Shown here piece by piece: positions 21,501 through 29,059 of a DNA stretch of 55,825 nucleotides (its first letter is position 1; each line of letters begins with the position of its first letter). The notes below the pieces were generated by a model. It did no database searches. It had not been told where the DNA came from and worked only from the letters and a program-made list of their open reading frames with translations. The stretch is from Methanobacteriota archaeon (GTDB lineage: Archaea; Thermoplasmatota; Poseidoniia; Poseidoniales; Poseidoniaceae). A program made the translations under genes and the position numbers. The stretch covers positions 1-55,825 of the forward strand of contig CATFLP010000127.1 in the NCBI GenBank assembly GCA_949514915.1, written 5' to 3'.

Positions 21501-23827
21501 GATGGTTAAATTTCAGTCATGATCCAATTGAAGGGCAACATATATTTCAAGCAAGTATTGTTGATGTACATGGTTTGAAAAATCAAACTAATACTTGGTT
21601 GGTACATGATCATACAAACCCAGAAATCAATGTGATTAATTTACCTTATTCTAATTTAACAAATTTAACCCAGTTGGATTTAATTTTAGAAATTAACGAA
21701 TATTCACAATTAATGATAAATGGAATTCTAGAACAATGGCCTGGCATTCAATTTTGGACAACTCTTGATTTATTTGAAGGCGAAAATGAATTCATGATTA
21801 AAGCAATAGATAGGGCAGGCAATTGGGGAGAATTACCATTGATTATTACTAGAGATACGATTTCGCCAGCAATTTCTCTATTCCCCCTTCCTTCCACTCC
21901 ACAAAATGTTTCAGAAATTACAATTAGTGGTTGGGTTGAACATGGTTCTACAGCATGCTTAGGAGAACTTATTTTCAGTAACCCAATTGTTGGTGAAGTT
22001 TTAGCAGATTGTGATCTAAGATCTAATCAAACAGGTTCAGACTCTCAAGGATGGAGATTTAGTGTAACTTATGATCTTTCCGAAGTTAATGATGGTGAAT
22101 TTTTATTCGAGTTAAAGGCTAGAGATTGGGCTGGTAATTGGAATGAAGTTAACACCAGTTTTAATTTAGATACAACACCACCCTCCATTGAATGGATTTA
22201 TCCTAATATTTTTGATAATAATTTATCAAATCAATACCTTAATTTATCTTGGGAAACAGATGAGCAATCTAATCAATACGTGTATCATAATGGCAACTTA
22301 ATTTCGGAATTAAATGGATATGGAATTAATGAATTAAACCTAGAGTTAACAGAAACTGGAGTTCATGAATTTTGTATTTTTGCTATAGATACGGCACAAA
22401 ACTTTGCTGAATATTGTATAGAATCATATTTATCACCTGATATATATTTTACAGATGTATATGCGCCATGGGATGGAAAAACTGTTAATTCCAAAGTAGT
22501 TAGTGCAGAAATATTCTCTGGCCCTAATCAAACTTATAGCTGGGCTAAATTATATTCAAACATGTGGGTTGTTCAACAGCAAGAAGAAACATTTAATGAA
22601 TTTACAACAGTAAGTTTTGATTTAGATGAAGGAATAAATAATTTGAGAATATTTGTTTCAACTTTAGATGGTTATGTAATACATGAATTATCTGTTATTC
22701 TTGATACAGAATCACCAAAATTAAATACAGATATTTCTTTAAAAAATATTTCAGTATCTGATAACTCATTGGATATTACTGGAGATTGTGAGCCTGGTTT
22801 ATTTGTAAATGCAATATTGCAATCTGAATTTTTAGAAGTGGAATGTAATTCATTGGGTAGATATTTGATAAGTATGCCATTATCTGGCCCAGAAGGAGAA
22901 AAACAAGTTTCCCTTTGGTCAGAAGATTTAGCGGGTAATACAGCACAGATCACTTTAAATTTCACATTAGATACAATTTCACCCACGATAGCAATAATTC
23001 AAATTAATGGTAATTGTACAGATCTGCCAATACCTACAATTTTTGATAATAATGAATTACCTTCATGTTTATTAGATGCAAATGCTAAATTTACAGGTGA
23101 AGATATTGTAGAATGGCGCTTTGTAGCTTTTTATGAAGGGATTGAAGTAGAAAGAATTAGTGGATTTAATATAGAGAATGGTACTGAAATAAACCTTCAG
23201 GTTAATGACAATATCATGAGTGGTACCTGGGTATTTAATGCTTGGGCCATAGATGATGCTGGAAATAATTTTGAAACAAATCAAGTTTTTAATTTAACAA
23301 GTGAAGGTTTTTCAGGATTGCAACATGCAACAAAAATTGGTTCTAGTTTAAATTTGATAATAATTGTAATTACTATATTTATGTTATTTACTTTAATTTT
23401 AATCAAGAAAAGAGAATCTGTATCAGTTGAAATATTTGATGAATCACCATCAATAAACCCTGAAATGATTTTTGATGAAAATGATTTATCTTTAGATGAA
23501 TTAACACTTAAAGAAGAACCTAATTTTAAATCAGAAATTATTGAAAATAATGAAACACATGTAGAGATTCAAGAAATAGAATCTTTGTTGAATTCAGAAA
23601 TTACTAATCAGGAAACAGACTTTGATTCACTAAAAGAACTTCTAGATTCAGAAACAAATACATTAGATGAAGCAGAAGTATTTGCTAATGATACAGGAGT
23701 TATGTTGGCTGCCGAGGGTACAATACAAGGCCAAACAGGTTGGTATCACGATAGGGATGGAAATTTATTTTATTGGAATGTTGATGAAAATGGAGTTTGG
23801 ACAAAAATCGATACGGAGTTGAATTAA
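15545..23827 (+). CDS. Giant membrane-anchored S8 (subtilisin/pyrolysin-like) protease with PPC-like, CBM-like, PA14, LamG and Ig-like domains
   Basis: Triad motifs ADSGID, HGTLCA and GTSLATP, oxyanion AAGN, repeated D(R/W/L/D)AGN Ig-like motifs and a C-terminal TM. Probable start is ATG 15545. Confidence 0.92.
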   Translation: MYDRLSSKRTQVNSAVLLVLLMISSIFVNIFTNLDSSFQEQMTQIDENLFLQENFENNIVYLPNLEYYTAMGEEIVELVVITNDLSSLTEWQKENGFLIKQVDLKNGQKFTEHSLPDFGLQHRKISLSGWMVEKLETISGILMVMPDPGTPQPVALEEPGEYSVVSGELHGATDSWDRNISGQGIKVAVADSGIDFAHPDLNGTQARVDDVTSPWNGWPIVFDPRSMEQWQRNGNTYPNDSSSWYSDTSTIEYDLDMNDFLDDSNLSIFGINPSVSGEYHLGKHPDTVLQSLAGGEIDILVVDELIAGVYDTVYVDTNRDGYFNDEKPMKMGSETSGRDTDGDGLWDQSAGMLYWISDGANSLPYGPTYTSRAGLQDRIPGNGNLTLFMLNVHTGPAGNHGTLCASAVAAQGIVGDGAVLGMAPDSELIAIANIYAGGSLLDVFRFAAEGYDGNLTSGDESNIASFSFGWRPPEGGADGTALYLDWMTRVHATKTTYLAAAGNGGHGYGTVATPGASSGIITVGAFSSKGGDNWGQSVMWTDRGPNALGRMDPDIVAVGWSATGDTTLNQKSNANSAYSSWAGTSLATPVAAGLTALVTQAWYETNGDWPNSLQIRDLIMSTADDRGYDPFVQGAGWFNAKRGVETILNQNDTTFWVQPAYWMAGKLQGANRDANMNILLPGESDSVNITLNNTGTSTIDYSFEPVVIEPITHNRIIWNASSSSGWDGYQSSRPDLVFPVNLQNNQNYTLDDDTILIRARASLNGSAFDSDQNRNEENVPLIKILRWNDDDGDGKYWEDLDGDGEVDDGEWEAGSEYTMVTQTGHVSPQTEARMGMPLDHSDSGILVGIWLEQVRSSNVDPVQMEIDITTFGYSSNPWIQNISNIVVLPGDEEIVTVDLDVPLNAYPGLHQQALMITANNGTNDSHSWPLPIIVNVAMEGPNELISLPLDDELTNQSLYRSTWMQGAQGWGWREESGDWKSVSLNWPSNLTTGNILIDVDWDDNVWTDIDAHLLSEQSHPYFNEDPLAYGPVHFSVESGSENNYQGSGKWDWNTYTGESRELLQANPSNGVKQLLLHSTFHGVGTNDNPVNVTVSYVDSLGAPLQRVVDDWSNGGFNQPIQIGSTHSLNVEEVRAIGWIKPLSLQNESATQDTPGDWSSSGYVREIDIEGAQEFKINIDSNMFGDDLDLAVYRDSNENGVIDWGNEQEATSGSGSSRENIMIENPADGTWFIVVQGYDVPNVNTTFWMEVEVLKGDNLIVEDILQLNESEINQSYPNGSARLGGIIPEDVISLNLTASIPPEEGYWKGILELVLEGDSGIVKIPYHYQLNEFPTEIEFLQINKGEYRNKSGPISLHLLDRGGGFSLNDLEFNGSFSSNMITNWTDWELNQWHDFTFEGIGMDGEWKDLTNTWLGLQVEESNTSVLTEYSGFVVFEAEDFSNTTVGIGTALNTYWSEETIVSGYSGRSYLEAKPNNGVNVFDSTDGPRLDYEIDFNSPGTYYVYVRVLGQSGSDDSLHVGLDGNPLTYGDVGMTSGSSWEWKDTAAGNVVTFDVQNPGRHTFNIWMREDGVIVDKVVLQQSGSIPTGLGPSGLMSTNGFNSGLIAEFFDNSGLSVNTSGMPDLNGRTPDFTRIDPMINYSNSNNQPWPGLSSSFADEFSSRHTGYVRVDIAGNYTFYVNSDDGSKLWIDNQIVVENIGTHAIREESGTIYLNAGYHTLKLEFFENFGWAGLELKWESDTIPKQYVPPESLFHGSGLPIRQNELVSWWPLDEANGTIVGDLISGYDLNLSGTNGTDWEMCRRAYCHNFDGIDDFAIYDLNANEEWSGDFTVSMWVKAETLGQSDFSSIFAVDNSGGNNRSFQFMVDGNNPGTYQFYSDSRYDIGPVDDDSWVHLAATYSDSKISSPSSTTATLRLYYNGLLANTASIDPLDANNFNLYKLGVNRAGNSYFAGLIDDVRVYDASLGSNEVLAIYNNDQFPDSGGIIREGWLNFSHDPIEGQHIFQASIVDVHGLKNQTNTWLVHDHTNPEINVINLPYSNLTNLTQLDLILEINEYSQLMINGILEQWPGIQFWTTLDLFEGENEFMIKAIDRAGNWGELPLIITRDTISPAISLFPLPSTPQNVSEITISGWVEHGSTACLGELIFSNPIVGEVLADCDLRSNQTGSDSQGWRFSVTYDLSEVNDGEFLFELKARDWAGNWNEVNTSFNLDTTPPSIEWIYPNIFDNNLSNQYLNLSWETDEQSNQYVYHNGNLISELNGYGINELNLELTETGVHEFCIFAIDTAQNFAEYCIESYLSPDIYFTDVYAPWDGKTVNSKVVSAEIFSGPNQTYSWAKLYSNMWVVQQQEETFNEFTTVSFDLDEGINNLRIFVSTLDGYVIHELSVILDTESPKLNTDISLKNISVSDNSLDITGDCEPGLFVNAILQSEFLEVECNSLGRYLISMPLSGPEGEKQVSLWSEDLAGNTAQITLNFTLDTISPTIAIIQINGNCTDLPIPTIFDNNELPSCLLDANAKFTGEDIVEWRFVAFYEGIEVERISGFNIENGTEINLQVNDNIMSGTWVFNAWAIDDAGNNFETNQVFNLTSEGFSGLQHATKIGSSLNLIIIVITIFMLFTLILIKKRESVSVEIFDESPSINPEMIFDENDLSLDELTLKEEPNFKSEIIENNETHVEIQEIESLLNSEITNQETDFDSLKELLDSETNTLDEAEVFANDTGVMLAAEGTIQGQTGWYHDRDGNLFYWNVDENGVWTKIDTELN

Positions 23828-24400
23828 TTGGACAGTTCAAATAAAATTGATTTGGAAAAGTTTGCAAATTATATGAAAAATATTCCTATTCCTGAAGATC
23901 CTCCTATTATTTCTAATGAACTTAAGGAAAAAATAGTAAATTCGACAAAAGAAGAATTACCAAAAATATCTATTTTGATTGAAAAATTAGAATTATGTTG
24001 GTTGCCGTCAAATGATAATCGGTTAGGCGTGACAACGTTTAGTGGTGATTACAATGAATTATATCGTAAGAAACGTTTAAATTTACCCTTGGGGCCGATT
24101 AAAATTAAAATTCATCCAGTACTTATTGATGATGAAAAGTTATTTAATCATACATTGGTTCATGAAATTCTACATGCATCTGGAATGTTTGAACATTCTG
24201 AAACACATGATGAATTAACTAATAAAATTGCACCAGCACCCTCATTATCAGAATCACTAGTTTTAAGATATTTACAAGCAATAATGATTTCAACAACTAA
24301 TGTGCTCAGTTGGGAATGTGATAATTGTAATTATATTTGGACAAGAAATACATTTATCAAACCAAATGTTTGTCCAAAATGTTCATCATTATTGAAGTGA
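23828..24400 (+). CDS. SprT/Wss1-like zinc metalloprotease with C-terminal zinc ribbon
   Basis: TLVHEILHASGMFEH followed by CDNC...CPKC. Confidence 0.72.
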   Translation: MDSSNKIDLEKFANYMKNIPIPEDPPIISNELKEKIVNSTKEELPKISILIEKLELCWLPSNDNRLGVTTFSGDYNELYRKKRLNLPLGPIKIKIHPVLIDDEKLFNHTLVHEILHASGMFEHSETHDELTNKIAPAPSLSESLVLRYLQAIMISTTNVLSWECDNCNYIWTRNTFIKPNVCPKCSSLLK

Positions 24401-24402
24401 AA

Positions 24403-24576
24403 TGGTGGGGGCACTGGGATTTGAACCCAGACCAGCGGATATCTTCTACGTATCAGTCATCAAACAGGTCAGCGCTCCAGTTGGTCATCAGCAAAGCAGC
24501 TTTCCTCCTGTCTTCATTCCCGTTCGAATCCCGTGCAACTGGAGCCCGCGATACTACCAGGTTATACTATACCCCC
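24403..24576 (-). tRNA. tRNA-Trp(CCA) with a 98-nt intron at 37/38 (intron 24441-24538) and encoded 3' CCA
   Basis: Acceptor GGGGGTA/TGCCCCC, anticodon stem GCGGG/TCCGC, loop CT-CCA-G|A, T-loop GTTCAAATC, relaxed bulge-helix-bulge at the junctions. Confidence 0.93.
24441..24538 (-). ncRNA. Intron-encoded box C/D guide RNA, predicted to direct Cm34 of its own pre-tRNA-Trp
   Basis: TGATGA-CCAACTGGAGCG-CTGA. The guide pairs with GCTCCAGTTG across the anticodon/intron junction, and the nucleotide 5 upstream of CTGA pairs with C34. Confidence 0.85.
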
Positions 24577-24658
24577 ATTGGTGAACACCCGAGTAGTCCT
24601 CGGCTTATCAACACAACGTATGTGCATCATTATAGAATATAAAAAAAGAAAGAAGTAT

Positions 24659-24766
24659 TCAGACTTTTGCTTCTCTTCTAGCCCTTTTACGTCGGCGTAG
24701 TTTTTTCTTACGCCATTTCCATCTTTGATTCCCAGTTTTCTTCCAAGCACGAGAACCTCTCTTCAT
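24659..24766 (-). CDS. rpl41e: Ribosomal protein eL41 (L41e/eS32)-like, 35 aa
   Basis: MKRGSRAWKKTGNQRWKWRKKKLRRRKRARREAKV contains the RWKWRKKxxRRxKR signature. It has its own promoter and a downstream T-tract. Below the ORF-track cutoff. Confidence 0.88.
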   Translation of the reverse strand: MKRGSRAWKKTGNQRWKWRKKKLRRRKRARREAKV

Positions 24767-24774
24767 GGTAACGA

Positions 24775-24801
24775 GTGGCCGACTTACTCCCTGTATATGA
24801 G
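24775..24801 (-). promoter_or_regulatory. Promoter of rpl41e: CTCATATAC-N9-GTCGGCCAC
   Basis: TATA-like element about 30 nt upstream of the ATG. Both 9-mers and their spacing are identical to the motif at 40303-40329. Confidence 0.75.
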
Positions 24802-24848
24802 TTTGCTCACTCACAAAACATGTAAACAGACACCTATTTTTGACAATA

Positions 24849-24920
24849 CGGGCACACGGGGATTCGAACCCCGGTTGCCGGCTTAGAAGGCCAGCGTGAT
24901 ATCCACTACACTATGCGCCC
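24849..24920 (-). tRNA. tRNA-Arg(TCT)
   Basis: Acceptor GGGCGCA/TGTGCCC, anticodon arm CTGGC-CTTCTAA-GCCGG, T-loop GTTCGAATC. Confidence 0.96.
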
Positions 24921-25014
24921 AATCTCTGTCGGGTAATAACGGTCTTATAACGATGTATAACAAGCGTTAACATCTACCCGTCAATTTGAAGTCATGAAAC
25001 TCTACGAGTAGATT

Positions 25015-27168
25015 ATGGGCCGCGGCATTATTGCAATGAATATTTTATTACTGCTATTGCTTCCTTCAATTGCAGTAGCATTACCAGTAAGTAAGGAAAT
25101 TCCAGAATGGCAAATAATGCCTGAAGGCCATACATTAGAAATTCCGTTTCAAATATCTAATGAAAAATATGACGATAATCCTTGGTGGTTAACAACGACT
25201 TTAGATAATAACCGAAATAAAATTCATGATTCTTTAGAAACAGTTTCAGAACCTGTAAGTGTTGGAATTTCTTATGATCACACTCCAGTTAGTAAAGATA
25301 TTCAATTAATTGAGGAAATGGGTTATTCTGTTAATTTGGAAGTTCCAGAAGTAGATGCATTATTAATTGGAACTGTTAATTCAAGTGACATTCTCAAACT
25401 TTCCAACTTAGATGGTGTAGTAATGGTAGAACGATATGGAGAGGTTGTATTTTATGGAGATATCCAAACTCCTGCAGTTAAAGCTAGAAATTCTACATTA
25501 TATCCTGTTGGTGCATGGGATCTTGGAGTTAGTGGTAAGGGAGTAAATATCGCTTTGACAGATACTGGTGTGGATAATGAGCATCCTGGTTTGTCAGGAA
25601 AATTTGTTGCTGGTTATGATGCAGTTTGTTTTGTACACTCAGATCCACAGTGTATTTTAGCTGGTGGTCGTGAAACAGATGGTTCATTTGATCCTGATGA
25701 TGGTAATCAACATGGTACTGCATGTATGGGTATGGCTGCAGCAACAGGAATAGAGGCAGATGGTTCACAAAGTGATTTTTATGGCTCAGCACCAGATGCA
25801 TCACTTGTTGATGTCCGAATAGGAACTGATATTGGGGCTGGCCCTTTCGAAAATTATGTAATATCTCAGGATTTTTATGAATCTGCAATGAATGGTATTC
25901 AATGGATTATTGACAATAGAGATACTGCTTGGCCTGGTGTAGATGAATCACTACATGGGATTGATATAATTTCTTTATCTTGGGGAATTACTAGTCATGA
26001 AGATGGAGGAAGTGATGGAGAAGACATGTTTAGCCGTTTGCTTGATGAAGCAATGGAAGTTGGTGTCACAGTAAGTGTAGCAGCAGGGAATGACGGTCCA
26101 GATAATGATGGTTTGTCAGGAATGGGTTCCAGCAGCTTATCAATAACAGTTGGAGCAACTGATGATCAAAATACAATTGATAGAGAAGATGATACTATTG
26201 CAAGTTATTCGAGTAGGGGCCCTAGAAAGGATAATGGAAATAATAATCCCCTCGATGAATTTAAACCAGAAGTTACTGCACCAGGAACGAATATTATTCA
26301 AGCAGAAGGTTGTGTAACTAGTGGAGGCTGTTCTAATATTATTGATGATGCAGCTGATAATACATATACTGGAAGAGGAAGTGGAACTTCTTATGCTACG
26401 CCAGCAGTAACTGGAGTAATTGCACTAATGATGGAGGCGAATCCAGATTTAGATCCATTACAAATTAAAGAGATTTTAAAACAAACTGCAGAAAGAAGAG
26501 GAGAACCATTCGATACTAGTATTGATCCTTTTTGGAACAAGGACTTTGGTTGGGGGATGGTTGATGCACATGCTGCCGTAAAATTATCCTTTGATTTACT
26601 AAATTCGGGTATGGAAATGGAAAATTATTCACCTTATTTACAGTTGCATATAACTTCATTTTCAGAGGATTTAGAAAACTCATCTACAATGATTAGTGGT
26701 ATTGCTTGGGCCCAACAAGGAGAAGTATCTGCAATTGAGTACAATATTGATGACGGTGTTTGGTATCAAGCTACTTATGAAGAAGTTAATGAAACAAATC
26801 AAAATGTTCCCTTTAATTGGTCAATACAATTAGATCCTGGAGCATTATCTGATAAAAATCACACAATACAAATTAGAAGTGTTGGAGCAGGAGATACAAA
26901 TAATCAATATTCTCTTTTGAGTATTTTAACAATAAGGGGAACTGGTGTTTCTGATGATTCTAGTGGAGGAATAAATATGTTTGTTATTATTTCACTTTTC
27001 ATCATAATTGGCTTCTTACTTGTAATGTTTATGTCTCAGATTAGTCAACCTGAATTACTACCATCTTATCAAGAACAAATGCACCAAGGCAACAATTTAT
27101 CTGGGAAAGTATTAGATGCGGAATTGCTGGATGTAGTAGAAGATTTTGAGAAGAATCATCCAACCTAA
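25015..27168 (+). CDS. Secreted, membrane-anchored S8 serine peptidase
   Basis: Signal peptide, TDTGVD, HGTACMG, AAGN, SGTSYATP, C-terminal Ig-like domain and TM. Confidence 0.93.
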   Translation: MGRGIIAMNILLLLLLPSIAVALPVSKEIPEWQIMPEGHTLEIPFQISNEKYDDNPWWLTTTLDNNRNKIHDSLETVSEPVSVGISYDHTPVSKDIQLIEEMGYSVNLEVPEVDALLIGTVNSSDILKLSNLDGVVMVERYGEVVFYGDIQTPAVKARNSTLYPVGAWDLGVSGKGVNIALTDTGVDNEHPGLSGKFVAGYDAVCFVHSDPQCILAGGRETDGSFDPDDGNQHGTACMGMAAATGIEADGSQSDFYGSAPDASLVDVRIGTDIGAGPFENYVISQDFYESAMNGIQWIIDNRDTAWPGVDESLHGIDIISLSWGITSHEDGGSDGEDMFSRLLDEAMEVGVTVSVAAGNDGPDNDGLSGMGSSSLSITVGATDDQNTIDREDDTIASYSSRGPRKDNGNNNPLDEFKPEVTAPGTNIIQAEGCVTSGGCSNIIDDAADNTYTGRGSGTSYATPAVTGVIALMMEANPDLDPLQIKEILKQTAERRGEPFDTSIDPFWNKDFGWGMVDAHAAVKLSFDLLNSGMEMENYSPYLQLHITSFSEDLENSSTMISGIAWAQQGEVSAIEYNIDDGVWYQATYEEVNETNQNVPFNWSIQLDPGALSDKNHTIQIRSVGAGDTNNQYSLLSILTIRGTGVSDDSSGGINMFVIISLFIIIGFLLVMFMSQISQPELLPSYQEQMHQGNNLSGKVLDAELLDVVEDFEKNHPT

Positions 27169-27255
27169 TGAATATTTTTGAATTATTTCCGCGCGAGAGT
27201 TTCAAGTGTAGAAGCCACCTCCGATGGTACGGATGCGTTCCGGCGGTGAGTATTT

Positions 27256-28404
27256 TTGAGTCGGGATTTTACAAAAAGAGTTTTAGCAATTCAGCCAACG
27301 GGCGTTCGGAAAATGTTTGATATGGCAGGAGATGATGTCATTTCATTTGGATTAGGTGAACCTGATTTCCAGCCACCACCTCTTGCAATTGAAGAGTTTC
27401 ACAAAGCCATGTTGGATGGCCGTAATAAATACACTACAACTGCAGGGTTACCAGAATTAAGAAAGAAAATTGCAGAGTCCTGGTCTGATTATGACCCTAA
27501 TCTAAATGAACAAAATGTATGTATGACAATGTCTGGAACAAATGCACTTTTCAATTGTTTTATGGCTTTAGTAGAATCTGGAAATAATGTATTACTTCCA
27601 GAACCATATTTTCCATTATATGGTCCAGACGTGGTTTTAACAGGAGGGGAAGCTAGATATTATCCTTGTTTATTTGAAAATGAATTTATTCCTTCGATTG
27701 AAGATTTAGAAGAATTAGTAGATGAAAATACAAAAGCAATACTGTACAATTTCCCTTCAAATCCTACAGGTGCTATGCTTACAATTGAACAGAGAGACAC
27801 TCTTTTGAATTTTGCAAAAAAACATAACCTTTGGATTATCACTGATGAAGTGTATGATAGAATAATTTACGAAGGAGAACATATTTCTTTTATTGGAACA
27901 GATTATGAGAGAGTGTTACTAATAAATTCTTTTTCAAAAACATTTGCAATGACGGGATGGAGGATTGGATATATATTATCTCCAAACCTTGAAGCAATGG
28001 AGCAAGTAATAAAGTTGCAATATTATTTAGCTGCATGTTCAAATGATGGCATGCAATATGCGGTTTTAGCTGCATTTGAAAATGCAAGTGAGTATCCAAA
28101 AGAAATGGCGCTTGAATTTAAGAAAAGAAGAGATTTAATCTGTGAAAGACTCAATAATATGCCAGGTGTTTCATGTCATGTGCCTAAAGGTGCATTTTAT
28201 GTATTTCCAAAAGTATCTGTAAATGGTATGAGTTCTGAAGATTTGGCTATTGAATTATTGAAAGGAGGAGTACTTTGTTCTCCTGGATCTGCCTTTGGAG
28301 AATCTGGAGAAGGTCACCTTAGGTTTGCTTATACAATATCAAGAGAGGATATTTCAAAAGGAATGGATAAAGTAGAGGCAGTACTTCAAAAACTTACAAA
28401 ATAG
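27256..28404 (+). CDS. PLP-dependent aminotransferase class I/II (aspartate aminotransferase-like)
   Basis: GEPDF, PSNPTG, DEVY, SFSKTFAMTGWRIG. TTG start preceded by GGTGA. Confidence 0.93.
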   Translation: MSRDFTKRVLAIQPTGVRKMFDMAGDDVISFGLGEPDFQPPPLAIEEFHKAMLDGRNKYTTTAGLPELRKKIAESWSDYDPNLNEQNVCMTMSGTNALFNCFMALVESGNNVLLPEPYFPLYGPDVVLTGGEARYYPCLFENEFIPSIEDLEELVDENTKAILYNFPSNPTGAMLTIEQRDTLLNFAKKHNLWIITDEVYDRIIYEGEHISFIGTDYERVLLINSFSKTFAMTGWRIGYILSPNLEAMEQVIKLQYYLAACSNDGMQYAVLAAFENASEYPKEMALEFKKRRDLICERLNNMPGVSCHVPKGAFYVFPKVSVNGMSSEDLAIELLKGGVLCSPGSAFGESGEGHLRFAYTISREDISKGMDKVEAVLQKLTK

Positions 28405-28415
28405 GAGGGCTCAAT

Positions 28416-29051
28416 ATGAGCACATTAATCTCGGGAATTTTTTGGTTAATCTTAGGTGGACTTATAGGGCATATAATACCAAGAGTCCCTATCATGTTTT
28501 TTACAAGATCAAAATCTCAAAATTTAATGTTTCCTCCACATCCAGAACCAATGCCTATTACATCGGAATTATTGGTAAGGATACTTAATATGAGAAAACT
28601 ATATTGGATGTCCTTATTTTTCACATTACCTTCACTTGTTTTTGGATGGATTATGATTTCATGGGCTAATTCTCCAATGGGATTCGGGATGTTTTTAGCT
28701 AGTGGTTGGACAATAATATCTAGATTGTTACCAGATAGTGTGCACAAAAAATACAATTATCCTTATTCTTTAAGTTTGATTTTTGATTTAAATTTACTAA
28801 TAAATAGTGCTAGGTTGAAAGATGTATTAGTAGATGAAGGATTAGAAATTAATAATGCACTAATTTGTTGTGAAAATATAAACCCTCAATGGGAAGTAGC
28901 TTGTGTAAGGTGTTTAAATTGTGATAGATTGCTCTTGAATCATCCAAGGCCAGATTTGGGGAGAATAAGAACGGATGGATTTTTGAAAGGAGGACTTAGA
29001 GTTTTATTGTTAGATAGTCGCCCATTACTTTCGTTAAAGGACGAAGAATAA
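28416..29051 (+). CDS. Hypothetical membrane protein with C-terminal Cys cluster
   Basis: About 3 TM segments, then CC-x10-CxxCxxC. GGAGG SD upstream. Confidence 0.7.
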   Translation: MSTLISGIFWLILGGLIGHIIPRVPIMFFTRSKSQNLMFPPHPEPMPITSELLVRILNMRKLYWMSLFFTLPSLVFGWIMISWANSPMGFGMFLASGWTIISRLLPDSVHKKYNYPYSLSLIFDLNLLINSARLKDVLVDEGLEINNALICCENINPQWEVACVRCLNCDRLLLNHPRPDLGRIRTDGFLKGGLRVLLLDSRPLLSLKDEE

Positions 29052-29059
29052 TTTCATTA

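Noticed and set aside
24337-24750. ORFs 24337-24642, 24402-24584 and 24562-24750
   Set aside because: They are shadows of tRNA-Trp and of the rpl41e gene in another frame.
24660-24800. Possible 5S rRNA or other ncRNA between the two tRNAs
   Set aside because: No 5S signature. The region is explained by the eL41-like ORF and its promoter.
15384-24920. tRNA-bounded genomic island carrying the giant protease
   Set aside because: No integrase, no duplicated tRNA 3' end and no evident compositional shift.
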